This document shows positions 7,722 to 18,441 of a stretch of DNA of 36,728 nt, piece after piece (position 1 is the first letter of the stretch; each line of letters opens with the position of its first letter). Under the pieces are notes generated by a model. The model searched no databases. It was not told the DNA's origin and saw only the letters and a program-made list of their open reading frames with translations. Source of the DNA: Microcoleaceae cyanobacterium (GTDB taxonomy: Bacteria > Cyanobacteriota > Cyanobacteriia > Cyanobacteriales > Microcoleaceae); assembly GCA_051652765.1 (NCBI GenBank), contig JBOFUV010000084.1:1-36728 (forward strand), given 5' to 3'. Made by a program: the position numbers and the translations under genes.

Positions 7722-8351
7722 TTAGGGAACACCCAGATACTTATGGATCTGTAACGATAATCGATATTCCGGAAATTGTTGTAGGAGCTTTAAGGTGATC
7801 GGAATGGTGCGATCGCGGGTTGTCCATTCTGGTTGCAGGAAGATCGGAATTTGTCGGGGGGAAGGCAAGTATGCCCCATAGGATTTCAATTCGGTTCCTG
7901 TTTCGATCACCACCTTGATCTCATTGGCTCGCTGCCAGAGTTGTGGGAGCACCGGATATTTGGGACTGATATGTTCCTTAGGGCTGAGGGTGATCCAAGT
8001 TTCAGACACCACGTCTTGCCAAAAAGACCCTGAAGTTTCAATGGATACCTTGCGGCCTGTTGTCGCGATCGCCTGCACTAGAACAGGGAGGTGACCCTGA
8101 ATAAAAGGCTCTCCGCCAGAAATCACTACCCGAGGAGACTGGAGTTCTGCTAAGAGTTCCCCGACTGACCGCAGCGATCGCGGTAGACCTTGACCCCCCG
8201 TGCTATACCCGGTATCACAGTAATGGCATTGGACAGGACAGCCTGCGAGCCGAATAAAATCTACAGGTGTACCAACCCAGTAGCCTTCTCCCTGGACAGT
8301 ATTCTGAAATGTCTCATGAATTGGAAGCAGTTCATGGAGGTTCAAGTCCAT
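7722..8351 (-). CDS. queE: 7-carboxy-7-deazaguanine synthase (radical SAM)
   Basis: [27 protein letters not shown] (CxxxCxxC), ISGGEP, IETSG, LSPK, LQPE, LSLQIHK. Confidence 0.93.
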   Translation of the reverse strand: MDLNLHELLPIHETFQNTVQGEGYWVGTPVDFIRLAGCPVQCHYCDTGYSTGGQGLPRSLRSVGELLAELQSPRVVISGGEPFIQGHLPVLVQAIATTGRKVSIETSGSFWQDVVSETWITLSPKEHISPKYPVLPQLWQRANEIKVVIETGTELKSYGAYLPSPRQIPIFLQPEWTTRDRTIPITLKLLQQFPEYRLSLQIHKYLGVP

Positions 8352-8677
8352 CTAAAGCTTGATGATTAACAACGAGTTCATTCTTAATTTTAACCTCTTC
8401 CTTCAATGTGTAATTTTAACGTGAATTCAAGATTCCTCTTGGCAGTGCTCCAGGATTAAAAGTTATGTCAAGAATTGTAAAATCCCGTTTAGGTAAGGTT
8501 TTTAACCTTGCCATTTTTCTACAATTAAGAATTATTGGTTTTCATCAGATTTTCCGCTGACAGTCCATTTATGCTTGCATGAAGCAAGAACCGCTGAAAT
8601 TTAGAGAAGGGATTAAGAATTTTGTCCGTCTCCATGGCCAACAGATACAATAGTGCTGAAGGTAGCAATTGTGACTC

Positions 8678-9859
8678 ATGAATGTTGTACAGGCTCCTAC
8701 AGCCCAATCCAACTTGCTTAGGCAGGTAGGAGTGATTGGGGGTGGACAACTGGCCCAGATGATGGCAGAGGCTGCAAAGTCCCTGAAGATTGAGCTGCTG
8801 ATTCAAACCCCTGATCCTTCAGACCCAGCAGTTGCTTTTGCTACAGATGTCATTTTGGGAGAGATTGTAGATGCCACTGCAACAGCTCAACTCGCGAAAC
8901 AATGTGAAGTCATCACGTTTGAGAATGAATTTGTTGATTTATCAGCCCTATCGATTCTTGCTGACCAAGGAGTTTGTTTTCGTCCGCGACTGGCAACGTT
9001 ATCAATCCTCTTGGACAAGTATGAGCAACTGTGTTGGCTGCAGACTCTAGGGTTGCCGATTCCTCGATTCAAGGCATTGACTCCAGGAGTTGATCTACTC
9101 AGCCAGATTGAAACCTGGGATTTCCCCTTGGTCTTGAAAGCTCGACGACATGGGTATGATGGTCAGGGAACCTGGGTGGTACAAGAGCAAGCTCATCTAG
9201 AAAGGGTGTTGACAACATTTGGGTCTGTGCCTTTGTTGTTACAGTCCTATGTTCCGTATGAGCGAGAGTTGGCTGTCATTGCGGCCCGCTCCGCAACTGG
9301 GGAAGTGGCAATTTATCCCATCGTAGAAACCTACCAACGCAACCAAGTGTGCCACTGGGCGATTGTTCCCGCCAATTTGCCGCTGGGTTTGCTGGACACG
9401 ATTGAGAACATGACTCGTCTGGTTTTGGATGGTCTACAGGCTGTAGGCATCTTTGCGATCGAACTTTTTCTCACGTCAGATGGCCAAGTCTTGATTAATG
9501 AAATTGCCCCACGCACCCATAACTCAGGTCATTTTAGTTTGGATGCTTGTCAAACCTCACAATTTGAGCAACACTTGCGGGCAGTGTGCAATTTTCCTTT
9601 GGGAGATCCAGCCTTAATCAGTGCTGGAGCAATTATGGTCAATTTATTAGGGTACGAGTATGCTCAGGATCACTACTTCGTAAAACGGCAACAGCTTGCT
9701 GAAATTCCAGGCGCAACGGTGCATTGGTATGGTAAAGCTGAGGCTCGACCGGGTCGCAAATTGGGTCACATAACGGTTTTACTACAAGAAACCTCACCTG
9801 AATCTCTACAGGCTGAGGCTTTGGCGATCGCCCAGCAGGTTGAGACCATTTGGTATTGA
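8678..9859 (+). CDS. purK: N5-carboxyaminoimidazole ribonucleotide synthase
   Basis: [49 protein letters not shown]...RPGRKLGH. Confidence 0.97.
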   Translation: MNVVQAPTAQSNLLRQVGVIGGGQLAQMMAEAAKSLKIELLIQTPDPSDPAVAFATDVILGEIVDATATAQLAKQCEVITFENEFVDLSALSILADQGVCFRPRLATLSILLDKYEQLCWLQTLGLPIPRFKALTPGVDLLSQIETWDFPLVLKARRHGYDGQGTWVVQEQAHLERVLTTFGSVPLLLQSYVPYERELAVIAARSATGEVAIYPIVETYQRNQVCHWAIVPANLPLGLLDTIENMTRLVLDGLQAVGIFAIELFLTSDGQVLINEIAPRTHNSGHFSLDACQTSQFEQHLRAVCNFPLGDPALISAGAIMVNLLGYEYAQDHYFVKRQQLAEIPGATVHWYGKAEARPGRKLGHITVLLQETSPESLQAEALAIAQQVETIWY

Positions 9860-9891
9860 GACTAGATGCCTATCAAGAGTTGCTCACAGAA

Positions 9892-11724
9892 ATGGACTTA
9901 AATCCTCAGCTTCCCGACCCCGTAGACCCTGAGTTACAAATTGATCCAAAACCAATCGATATTTTGATTGTTGATGATCAAGCGACTAACCTGAGGCTAC
10001 TCACTAAAGTGCTTAATCGGGCAGGATATGAGGTACGACAGGCGATTAATGGAGAAATTGCTCTGCAGGCTATTCAAGCACGTCAGCCTGATTTAGTGAT
10101 GTTGGATATTATGATGCCAGAGGTGGATGGATACCAGGTCTGTACTAAGTTGAAATCCAATATAGAAACTGCTCATATTCCTGTGATTTTCCTGAGTGCC
10201 TTGGATGATGTGTTCGATAAGGTCAAAGCGTTTTCCCTGGGAGCGGTGGACTACATTGGCAAACCCTTTCAAGCTCAAGAGGTTTTGGCGCGTGTTCGAC
10301 ATCATTTGGCCCTACAGGAGACCAATCGTAAAATTACTCACCTCAATCTGCAACTAGAGCAACAGGTCAAAGATCGTACCCAACAACTCGAAGACATTCA
10401 CGCTCGCCTGCGGCAATTGGCGCTTTACGACGAGTTGACCGGGCTGCCGAATCGAGCTTTGTTTTTAGACCATTTGGAAACCGCCCTCAAGGCAGCTCAA
10501 TCCGACCCCAACTATCAATTTGCCGTCTTATTTTTGGACTGCGATCGCTTCAAAGTGATTAATGACTCCCTAGGCCACTCTGCGGGGGATGAGTTACTCA
10601 CAGTTGTGGCTGATCGATTACAGAGTACTTTGCCCAAAGTGAATGTCTTGGCCCGGTTAGGCGGCGACGAATTTGCCATTCTACTCACCCCTTTGTACCA
10701 AGTGGATGAGGCGATTACCATTGCCGCACAAATTGTACAGACTTTGACTCACCCCTTTCAGCTCAAAGGTTACGAGGTCTATGTTAGTGTGAGTATGGGC
10801 ATTGCGATTGGCAATAGTAGCTATACTCAACCCCTACAAATTCTACAGGACGCGGATACTGCCATGTATCGAGCCAAGGCAAGTGGCGACCCTTGCTATC
10901 AAGTCTTTGATCCTCAAATGCATCAGAAAGCGTTTCAGTTTTTGCAGATTGAAACAGACTTACGCAGGGCTATTTTTCACCAAGAACTTCATCTGAATTA
11001 CCAGCCCATTGTAGATTTAAATACCGAAAAGTTAGTTGGGTTTGAAACCCTGGCGCGGTGGCACCATCCTGAACGGGGGTTTATTCCGCCGGGGGATTTT
11101 ATTCCAGTGGCGGAGGAAACAGGTTTAATTGTGCCGTTGGGCAATTGGATTCTCTATACCGCCTGCAAACAGCTTCAAGCTTGGCAAGATCAGGAATTGC
11201 TGAATTTTGACTTGACCTTGAGTATCAATTTATCAGCAAAACAGTTTAACCAACGATACTTAGTTCAACAAATTGATCAGGTTGTAGGTGAGATGAAACT
11301 TAACCCTAAATTCCTCAAACTTGAAATTACAGAAAGTGTCATTCTTGAAAACCTAAAAATCGCACAATCTTTGCTGGAGGAGTTGCGCGATCGCCAAATT
11401 TCAATTTGTTTAGACGACTTTGGTACAGGCTATTCATCTTTAAATTATCTCCGCTGTTTTCCGATTGATACCCTCAAGATTGATCAATCTTTTATTCGCC
11501 GTTTAGATGGCAGTTCAGAAAAATTAGGATTGGTTCCTGTGATTATTAATATTGCTCAAACGATGAATATGACTGTTATTGCCGAAGGAATTGAGACATT
11601 AGATCAACTCAAGCAACTGAGAAGTTTAGATTGTCACTGTGGTCAGGGATATCTATTCTCTAAACCTGTGGATTCAGAGATAGCAACTCAAATGTTGATT
11701 GCTCAACAGACAGCCCGCTACTAA
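9892..11724 (+). CDS. Response regulator diguanylate cyclase/phosphodiesterase (REC-GGDEF-EAL)
   Basis: ILIVDD and [28 protein letters not shown] (ETL variant) and [11 protein letters not shown]. The ATG at 9892 is preferred over the TTG at 9850. Confidence 0.93.
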   Translation: MDLNPQLPDPVDPELQIDPKPIDILIVDDQATNLRLLTKVLNRAGYEVRQAINGEIALQAIQARQPDLVMLDIMMPEVDGYQVCTKLKSNIETAHIPVIFLSALDDVFDKVKAFSLGAVDYIGKPFQAQEVLARVRHHLALQETNRKITHLNLQLEQQVKDRTQQLEDIHARLRQLALYDELTGLPNRALFLDHLETALKAAQSDPNYQFAVLFLDCDRFKVINDSLGHSAGDELLTVVADRLQSTLPKVNVLARLGGDEFAILLTPLYQVDEAITIAAQIVQTLTHPFQLKGYEVYVSVSMGIAIGNSSYTQPLQILQDADTAMYRAKASGDPCYQVFDPQMHQKAFQFLQIETDLRRAIFHQELHLNYQPIVDLNTEKLVGFETLARWHHPERGFIPPGDFIPVAEETGLIVPLGNWILYTACKQLQAWQDQELLNFDLTLSINLSAKQFNQRYLVQQIDQVVGEMKLNPKFLKLEITESVILENLKIAQSLLEELRDRQISICLDDFGTGYSSLNYLRCFPIDTLKIDQSFIRRLDGSSEKLGLVPVIINIAQTMNMTVIAEGIETLDQLKQLRSLDCHCGQGYLFSKPVDSEIATQMLIAQQTARY

Positions 11725-12308
11725 CTCTCTTTTGTCAGGACAAACACACTCCCAACGTTCCCTCTTCCAATCCGCATATCTTCATCTAGATACGTAATAT
11801 CTAGCCACCCCTGTTGACGGCCTTCTGCAAAGTTAAAATCAATGGCTGTAAATTTCTTTCCCGAATCAATTGCCTCAATCAGTTGATTTGGATTTTGATA
11901 TCCAATCATCCGTTGTAAACCTGTCACTAACCGACTAAAGTTGACCTGAACTCGACGTTCTGACAATGCTTCAAATCGAGCAGTAACGCTGACTAATGCT
12001 TCTAAATAGGGCAAGCCATAAACTTCTGCAATATTGTAAATTTGGCCTGTTTTTACCCGAATACATTGATAAATTTGGCCCAACTTATAGAGTGGAAAGC
12101 GATCAATTCCCAATAATTCTTCACTGCTGGTATACAGTAATCGCCAATTTCCATCGAGTAGGTGTTTGGCCTCTAGGGGTCGGGGGTTGGGATTGTAATC
12201 TTCAAGTTGGGCGATCGCCGACAGAATCACCTGTCGATCAGACTCAGTCGCCAGAATCCCTCGATTCTTACCTGCAATGCTTTCCAGGAGTGCTGCTTTT
12301 TTAATCAT
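11721..12308 (-). CDS. PAP/fibrillin family protein
   Basis: [50 protein letters not shown]. Confidence 0.93.
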   Translation of the reverse strand: MIKKAALLESIAGKNRGILATESDRQVILSAIAQLEDYNPNPRPLEAKHLLDGNWRLLYTSSEELLGIDRFPLYKLGQIYQCIRVKTGQIYNIAEVYGLPYLEALVSVTARFEALSERRVQVNFSRLVTGLQRMIGYQNPNQLIEAIDSGKKFTAIDFNFAEGRQQGWLDITYLDEDMRIGRGNVGSVFVLTKES

Positions 12309-12407
12309 TTTAGGAGTGAGTAGATTCAGCAAATTTAACAGGATTTTATCGGTTTAATCCGTTAGTACCTGCAACAGTCACTCTTCTTTTAGCACATCCT
12401 GAATATC

Positions 12408-12550
12408 TACAGCAGTTTTCAACTCAGTTTTCAGCACAGTTTTTAACTCAGTTTTCAACACAGTGAGGGACATCTCAGCCACTCCAGTCCCCCTTAGAAA
12501 AGGGGGATTTAGGGCGCGCTCTAAATCACATCTGGATGAAAACGGCTGTG
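12408..12550. mobile_element. MITE-like repeat, copy 2, in the opposite orientation
   Basis: Terminal inverted repeats TACAGCAGTTTTCA / TGAAAACGGCTGTG. Internal hairpins TCCCCCTT-AGAA-AAGGGGGA and GATTTAG..CTAAATC. Four tandem 12-mers CAGTTTTCAACW at 12413-12460. Confidence 0.72.
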
Positions 12551-12611
12551 GCATCATCCTATTGAGCCCTTCGTAACTATTTCTCTTGATTGATCAATCC
12601 CTCTATCCGCT

Positions 12612-13232
12612 TTATAGCTTGTAGAAGTAGGCAACACCGGGCAGAACATCAGTTGTTCCCTGGACTCGTTTCAAGCGCCATACTAGGGTGTCTGCTTCAG
12701 TCTTCAACTCCGCTTCAGCCAGTTCTAACCCCTGTTGGTTGAAAATCTCAAGATTAGCCACCTCCCCATCCACATCTCCCACGATACTCAATGCTCCGGA
12801 TTGGCTGCCGCTACCATAGTTCTCAGCAGTGATCACACCTCCGATTTTGCCCTGGCCTACTTGGGTAATTTCCAGATCCATCCGGTGGGTTGCACGCACG
12901 TCTCCTTCAGTACTCCAGTTACCAACAAAGCTAGTATCAATTTCGTTCGGTTTAGCTGGATCTGGTGTTCCCACCGGCGAGGAAGCAATCGGAGTTGGAG
13001 TTTCAGCAACGGGCGAAGCAATCGGAGTTGGAGTTTCCATAGTTGGGGAAGTAATTGGAGTTGGAGTTTGAACAACGGACGAAGCAACAGGAGCCTGGGT
13101 TTCAGCAACTCCTGGGGAGGAAGGAAAAATCTTTTCCCAATTTTGTAGCAGAGCAACTCCCACTGCACTGAACAAACCAATCAGAGCAATCATAACCTCT
13201 GCTCGCAAACCTTTACCGTTACCTTCTGCCAT
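12612..13232 (-). CDS. Hypothetical membrane-anchored protein with a Pro/Thr-rich repeat linker and a beta-rich C-terminal domain
   Basis: N-terminal hydrophobic helix, TPTPIASP repeats, and a FVGNWS-initiated C-terminal domain. Confidence 0.75.
   Translation of the reverse strand: MAEGNGKGLRAEVMIALIGLFSAVGVALLQNWEKIFPSSPGVAETQAPVASSVVQTPTPITSPTMETPTPIASPVAETPTPIASSPVGTPDPAKPNEIDTSFVGNWSTEGDVRATHRMDLEITQVGQGKIGGVITAENYGSGSQSGALSIVGDVDGEVANLEIFNQQGLELAEAELKTEADTLVWRLKRVQGTTDVLPGVAYFYKL
12982..13113. repeat. Four 33-bp coding tandem repeats
   Basis: GAAGCAATCGGAGTTGGAGTTT... units encode (E/Q)TPTPIASP-like peptides. Confidence 0.8.
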
Positions 13233-13627
13233 AGGAAAAAAGTAGAAACTAATAACTTTTCTTATAGTAATTCAAACATCGTTTAAGTCCTAGCCCGCTC
13301 CGAATCACAACTGTTGATGGGTCAAACTAGATCTCAAAGCGGGCTGAGGGCTTCACTACAAGTTTCACCAATTTTTCCTGATTGCCAGGGTGATCTTGAG
13401 TAGCCCTGAAATGAGAGTTCAACCTTTTGCGTTGAACTCCCATCAACAAAAACTACTGTTTTCAAAAGCTACTGACTTAAAAAACTGGTTTTTTAAAACT
13501 ACTATATCTATGGCAGTCCAAAATGACTAATGCAATGGGATAAAAAGTTGTTGTCTCTTCTGAGGGATTGTGTCTCCAAACCCCACTTTGGTTTTTTGCA
13601 ACTTTTTTTGCAACTTGCTTTTGTAAT

Positions 13628-15604
13628 TCATTTAGGATTGCTAGAATAACCCAAATAGGGAAATAATCTAGTGCCGCTTCTTCTATTTTTATTGATCAAA
13701 TCATTAACAGCACTATTTTGGATTTCCCTAACCAGTACTTCATACCCTCTTGCTGTTGGCAAATAAGAACGAGTTAAGATTGCAACTTGGGAATTTTCAT
13801 TGATATACTGAGGCTGGGGTGGTGTAACGTCCGGAATATCTGAGTTGATATAAATGAATCCTCCCAAAACTTCTGTTACTCCCTGATTTTTGGTTTCAAG
13901 AATAGTACCGGGCTTCTCAGTTTTAAGCCCTAAGATCCATAAGACTCCACCATCATTCAAGATTTTTGCCTCTGATTCTGATGGTATTGCTTCAACATTT
14001 AAACCTCTAGCCCAAACTTTCTGTTGATGGATTCTAATTAAGCCTGAAACAATATCTTCCAAGAAGACATCTCCCATCCCAGCATTGGTATTGCTATAGG
14101 ATTCAAGTGCTGAATGCTTAATCACCAGTTGACGTTTTGAGTTGTGTTCAATGCTAGCTCTTTCTAATCTTTCTAGTGAAACAATAGGTTCGTCTCCATC
14201 CTCAAAGCGAAAGGTAGGGATTGTTGAATTATTTGAAAATCGGGCTCCCATTCCGATAATCTTGCTGATACTTCCTCTGATTTGAATAGTTTTGTCAACG
14301 GTGTATACACGGTTGGGTAAAAATACAGTTTTTGCATTAGGAGTATCAATGGCAACTTGGATATCAGCTCCTGAACTTCCTTGAACTATAGAAATAGCAT
14401 CTAAATTGTGCTGAATATAAGGCGTTTCTTCAATGGGTAGATTCATCATCTTTGTTGCTGCTGAAAACCCAGTTAGAGGTTGACTACAAGTCCATTCTTC
14501 AATATTGCCTTGCAATGTTTCAAGTTGCCCAGTTTCACAATTATAAACTTTTGCAGTATCTCGGTATCCAGTCTGTTTGACATCCGATAAAAAGGTCTGA
14601 ATTGTACGTTTTTCGCCAGGAGTTCCAATTCCACTTTCTCGATATTGAGTTTCAATCGCTGTTGTGCTCTTACCATCAACTCCGGCTAATTCAGCATGAA
14701 TCAAAGCAAGGGTGGCGCGATGCCCTTCAACAAAAATAGCAGGAACACGATTGACACTTTTAAGGTTCCGAATAGTGACAACTTGCATGGCTTGTTCAAT
14801 CCCAAACTGCTTTTGATCTCGAACAGTCACATTTTCCATGTGGACTGAGTTGGTTGGGCCGCCGCCAACAAGAATACCTCGATCAAAGCCCGTGATTGTG
14901 ATATTTTTAATCAATATTGGGCCGATTTCTACTGCTGTTAGATCAAGACCACGGGAACCCTGACCATCACCAGAAACAATCGAAACATCAAAAACTCCTC
15001 CGCCATTATTAGAGTTAATCTTGATACCAATGGCATTGGAATTTCCAGATCCTGTATTGACCGTCAGGTTCTCAATGCGATTCCGAAATCCGTTCGCTCG
15101 ATTATGCCTGGTATCAATCACAGGTTTGCTTTCCCCATTGGAAAATCCAGGAGCATGATCTTGGAGTTTGATCATACTTTCTGTTTGACTTTCACCCATT
15201 AAAGTCGTTCGTTTATAGTAAAGCCCTCCATGAGCACCTTGAGGCCACTCAATAGTGTTGCTAACCAAATAAGTCCCTTTCGGTACATAGATAATTTTGT
15301 TACCATTCGCAATTTCATCTCGTGTCATCGCCAGTCTAAAGGCTTCGGTATCATCTGTTATCCCATCTCCTACAGCACCATAATTTTTGATATTAATAAC
15401 GCCTCCTTTTCCTTCTTCAAGCTCAGGAAAGACTTCATTGCGAGCAGAAGAAACAAGAGAATGGGGCTGGAAAGCAAAACTTTCCGAATTAGAAGAAAGT
15501 AGCTGCTGTTCAAATTCTGATAGGCGTTGAGGTAGAAAAATCTTAATTGCTAAGTAAGACGAAAGCGTCCCTAAAATTGCTAAAAATAGAATGATTTTAT
15601 GCAT
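13628..15604 (-). CDS. Secreted beta-helix glycanase (GH55 / pectate lyase superfamily)
   Basis: Signal/TM N-terminus; INIKNYGAVGDGITDDTEAF...IYVPKGTYLVS; second repeat IQVAID...VFLP...Y. Confidence 0.85.
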   Translation of the reverse strand: MHKIILFLAILGTLSSYLAIKIFLPQRLSEFEQQLLSSNSESFAFQPHSLVSSARNEVFPELEEGKGGVINIKNYGAVGDGITDDTEAFRLAMTRDEIANGNKIIYVPKGTYLVSNTIEWPQGAHGGLYYKRTTLMGESQTESMIKLQDHAPGFSNGESKPVIDTRHNRANGFRNRIENLTVNTGSGNSNAIGIKINSNNGGGVFDVSIVSGDGQGSRGLDLTAVEIGPILIKNITITGFDRGILVGGGPTNSVHMENVTVRDQKQFGIEQAMQVVTIRNLKSVNRVPAIFVEGHRATLALIHAELAGVDGKSTTAIETQYRESGIGTPGEKRTIQTFLSDVKQTGYRDTAKVYNCETGQLETLQGNIEEWTCSQPLTGFSAATKMMNLPIEETPYIQHNLDAISIVQGSSGADIQVAIDTPNAKTVFLPNRVYTVDKTIQIRGSISKIIGMGARFSNNSTIPTFRFEDGDEPIVSLERLERASIEHNSKRQLVIKHSALESYSNTNAGMGDVFLEDIVSGLIRIHQQKVWARGLNVEAIPSESEAKILNDGGVLWILGLKTEKPGTILETKNQGVTEVLGGFIYINSDIPDVTPPQPQYINENSQVAILTRSYLPTARGYEVLVREIQNSAVNDLINKNRRSGTRLFPYLGYSSNPK

Positions 15605-15658
15605 ATCAGTCCTGATTTTATAATGTCAAGTACTCTAAATGATAAACTCGAAACTGGA

Positions 15659-17095
15659 TTATTTAATGAGTAAAACAGCTTGAATCAAGGCTTTAATCGA
15701 CCTTGATCTCTCCTTCCTGATTGGGTTGATTTCATGAGTTGGAATCTCCCACTGATTACAATATTGCTCTTGCCATCGCAACCCCAGAATGCAAGCCAAA
15801 TAGAGCATATAGCCTGGTTCTTCCATTTGAGTAAATACCAGACCAAAAACGATTGGGGTGAGCGCCAAAAATTTAGAGACATCATCAAAACAAATCCTGC
15901 GCCAGACAACAAACCAGATATACAGAAAGGATGCGATTCCAAGCCATCCTAAATCTCCCCAAATTCCTGCCCATCCGAACAACGGAGAAAACATACTGGA
16001 TTGATCCCCTAACCAACTTTCCCCTACAGCCCCCCAAACTGCTACGCTTGCGGGATGTGTTGTTGAGCCTAAGGGCTTGAGCAAAAAATCGTACTGCCAC
16101 ACCATCCATCCTCCCAGTCGTCCAACGGTATGACCTGGGCCCAAGCCCAACCAGGGATTGAGGGGGGATTCATAGAACGTTGGGACAATTCGGAAAGCCG
16201 CTGTTTTCAGCAGTGTTGCTTCCCCTTCTGGGCCATACATATCAGGTCTCAACCAGGTTTGGAAGGCAGAAAAAGCTTCTATGTTTTCCACAGCCCAGTA
16301 GAAAACAATCGCTAACAGAACTCCACAAATAACATACTTTAGTGCTTCTACAATACTCTCGAATTTTGTAATCAGAAGTAATATTCCTGCGATTCCAAAA
16401 ACCAAAAGCACTTGTTTTGCATCAGCCAGATTCATGTGCCAAAACATCGCAAGAGCAACAATTGCTCGGAACCAAATTGGGAGATTTTTTGCCGCAGAAA
16501 AATAGTATATTCCAAAAGTTAAAGCCACAGAAGCGCCAACAACATGACCCGCGCCTCCTCCAATAAATACTCCCTTGATGTTATCTTTCAGCCCTTTGCG
16601 GAGATGTAGCTTGAATACATATCGTTGTACATAAGCAAACAATGTGTTTGTAAAGGATGAAAGTACAATATAGGCTCGAAACTGTGCAAGCTTTTCTGGT
16701 GTTAAGGGTAAACTAATAATTGATAGAAGTAGTAGAAAGTGTTCACATAAAAATAAAGTATTCAAAGCAGCATTAATTAAGCCTGCGCCATTGAGAAGGG
16801 CACTGGCAATGTTAACTCCTAAAAAGATGGCGATCGCAACAATAAGTTCCTGAACAATCACAATCTGTTTACGATCTCTAATCCGAGTTTTTAGTAGAAC
16901 GAAACCACAAACCCAAGTCACAACTCCATAATGCGCTAAGTTAATGATGGAAGGAAATTTTAATAGGGTGAGAATGCGAGGGAAAAAGGCAGAGCTAAAA
17001 GCAAATAGAACGAGAATGAGCAGTTGGACATATCCCTTCTTTTTTTTAGGGGTGATAAAATAGCCAGAGGGTTGAGTGCTGTAATCTATGCCCAA
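15659..17095 (-). CDS. Polytopic membrane protein, Wzy/O-antigen ligase-like polymerase
   Basis: About 11-12 hydrophobic segments, WLGLGPG loop and GDLGWLG motif, inside a glycosyltransferase cluster. Confidence 0.65.
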   Translation of the reverse strand: MGIDYSTQPSGYFITPKKKKGYVQLLILVLFAFSSAFFPRILTLLKFPSIINLAHYGVVTWVCGFVLLKTRIRDRKQIVIVQELIVAIAIFLGVNIASALLNGAGLINAALNTLFLCEHFLLLLSIISLPLTPEKLAQFRAYIVLSSFTNTLFAYVQRYVFKLHLRKGLKDNIKGVFIGGGAGHVVGASVALTFGIYYFSAAKNLPIWFRAIVALAMFWHMNLADAKQVLLVFGIAGILLLITKFESIVEALKYVICGVLLAIVFYWAVENIEAFSAFQTWLRPDMYGPEGEATLLKTAAFRIVPTFYESPLNPWLGLGPGHTVGRLGGWMVWQYDFLLKPLGSTTHPASVAVWGAVGESWLGDQSSMFSPLFGWAGIWGDLGWLGIASFLYIWFVVWRRICFDDVSKFLALTPIVFGLVFTQMEEPGYMLYLACILGLRWQEQYCNQWEIPTHEINPIRKERSRSIKALIQAVLLIK

Positions 17096-17132
17096 AGTTC
17101 TATATCTCCTAGATCATTAGGGGTATGCCAAT

Positions 17133-18305
17133 CTAAAATTTCTGATGTTCAAAGAGGACGGATTCATAGATTGTTTCTAGAATTTGAGTTTGTTTGGCCC
17201 GGTTAAAATGAGCTTCTACATGCTCTCGCCCTCGTTGACTAAAATACTGCCATAGCTCTGAGTTCTCCAGTAGTTGTGACAAACGATTTGCTAGTTCTGA
17301 GCAGTCTCGCTCAGGAGTTAAATATCCTGTTTCTCCATCAATGACAGCTTCAGGAATGCCAGCATGATAAGTACTAACAACCGGCAAAAGCATGGCTTGA
17401 GCTTCTAGAACCACATTGGGCAATCCTTCCGAATCTCCTTCAATTGAGGTGACACTCGGTGCTGCCAAGACCATTGCCTGATTCATCCAAGCGCGAACAA
17501 CTTCTGGAGATTGAAAGCCCAAAAATTCGTAGTGTTTTAGATGTTGAGCTGCTAGCTTTTCCAAGGTAGATCTCAACGGGCCATCCCCAATGATTACCAG
17601 CTTTGTTTCGGGTAAAGCTGATTGGACATGAGCCATTGCTTTAATTAAATATTCAACTCCTTTTTTCTCCGTGAATCGCCCTACAAACAAGACAACAGGT
17701 TCACGAGGAATTTTGATATCTGGACAGAATTGCTCAATATCTACGCCATGGTAGTGAACTCTAATCTTCTCTTGGGGAAAATTTTGCTCGATTAATTTGT
17801 CCCGAATAAATTTGGATACCGCGAGAAATAGATGAGCTTCCTGCTTAAGGGCTTCAAGACGACGGAAGTAGATCCAATGATTAAAAGAAGTGTATCGAGC
17901 AGATTCGGGCTTAACCGTTGCATCTGCTCCTCGATAATGCACTAAAAGCGGAATATTCAGCGATCTCATCCAAGGTAAAATTAAGGCACCACTGAGACCA
18001 AATTGAGCATGAACCAAAACGGGTTGAAGATTCTTGACCTGTTGATAAAGTTTTGGCGCAAACCCACCCAGCTTAAATAATTGTTCCTCAATCTTGCTCA
18101 AGGGACTATTACTATGATTAACGACCAAAGTACGCTCTGGGGGTAACGCCAGTCCCTGAACCCGCCTAGATCCAACATAGTATGCAGAAAATTTTTGCAG
18201 CTTTTCTGCAGGGTCTCGAATAAAGGTTTGGGATGGGGGGAGTAATAAGCTATTGAAAATTATCAAATTTGGCTTTCTTTCATGTTTCTCTGGATTGTTT
18301 TGCAT
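17133..18305 (-). CDS. GT4 glycosyltransferase (WcaL-like)
   Basis: PSQTFI, VHAQFG, FVGRFTEKKG, DSEGLPNVVLEAQA. Confidence 0.92.
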   Translation of the reverse strand: MQNNPEKHERKPNLIIFNSLLLPPSQTFIRDPAEKLQKFSAYYVGSRRVQGLALPPERTLVVNHSNSPLSKIEEQLFKLGGFAPKLYQQVKNLQPVLVHAQFGLSGALILPWMRSLNIPLLVHYRGADATVKPESARYTSFNHWIYFRRLEALKQEAHLFLAVSKFIRDKLIEQNFPQEKIRVHYHGVDIEQFCPDIKIPREPVVLFVGRFTEKKGVEYLIKAMAHVQSALPETKLVIIGDGPLRSTLEKLAAQHLKHYEFLGFQSPEVVRAWMNQAMVLAAPSVTSIEGDSEGLPNVVLEAQAMLLPVVSTYHAGIPEAVIDGETGYLTPERDCSELANRLSQLLENSELWQYFSQRGREHVEAHFNRAKQTQILETIYESVLFEHQKF

Positions 18306-18441
18306 CAATCTTAACTCCGCTAAAATAATTTTAAAATACTTGATTTTTGAGTTGAAAATTGTATTAATAACCGCTTACTCACAACATCTGATTTACAACA
18401 TTAATTCATTGATAAGTTACCAATTAAAGTTGTTGATAAAT

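Noticed and set aside
8352..8530. preQ1 riboswitch upstream of queE
   Set aside because: No GTTC loop with an A-rich pseudoknot tail on the minus strand.
13340..13448. Hammerhead, retron ncRNA or known riboswitch identity
   Set aside because: The core CTGANGA is incomplete, there is no reverse transcriptase in the window, and no consensus for c-di-GMP, c-di-AMP, SAM or B12 riboswitches was seen.
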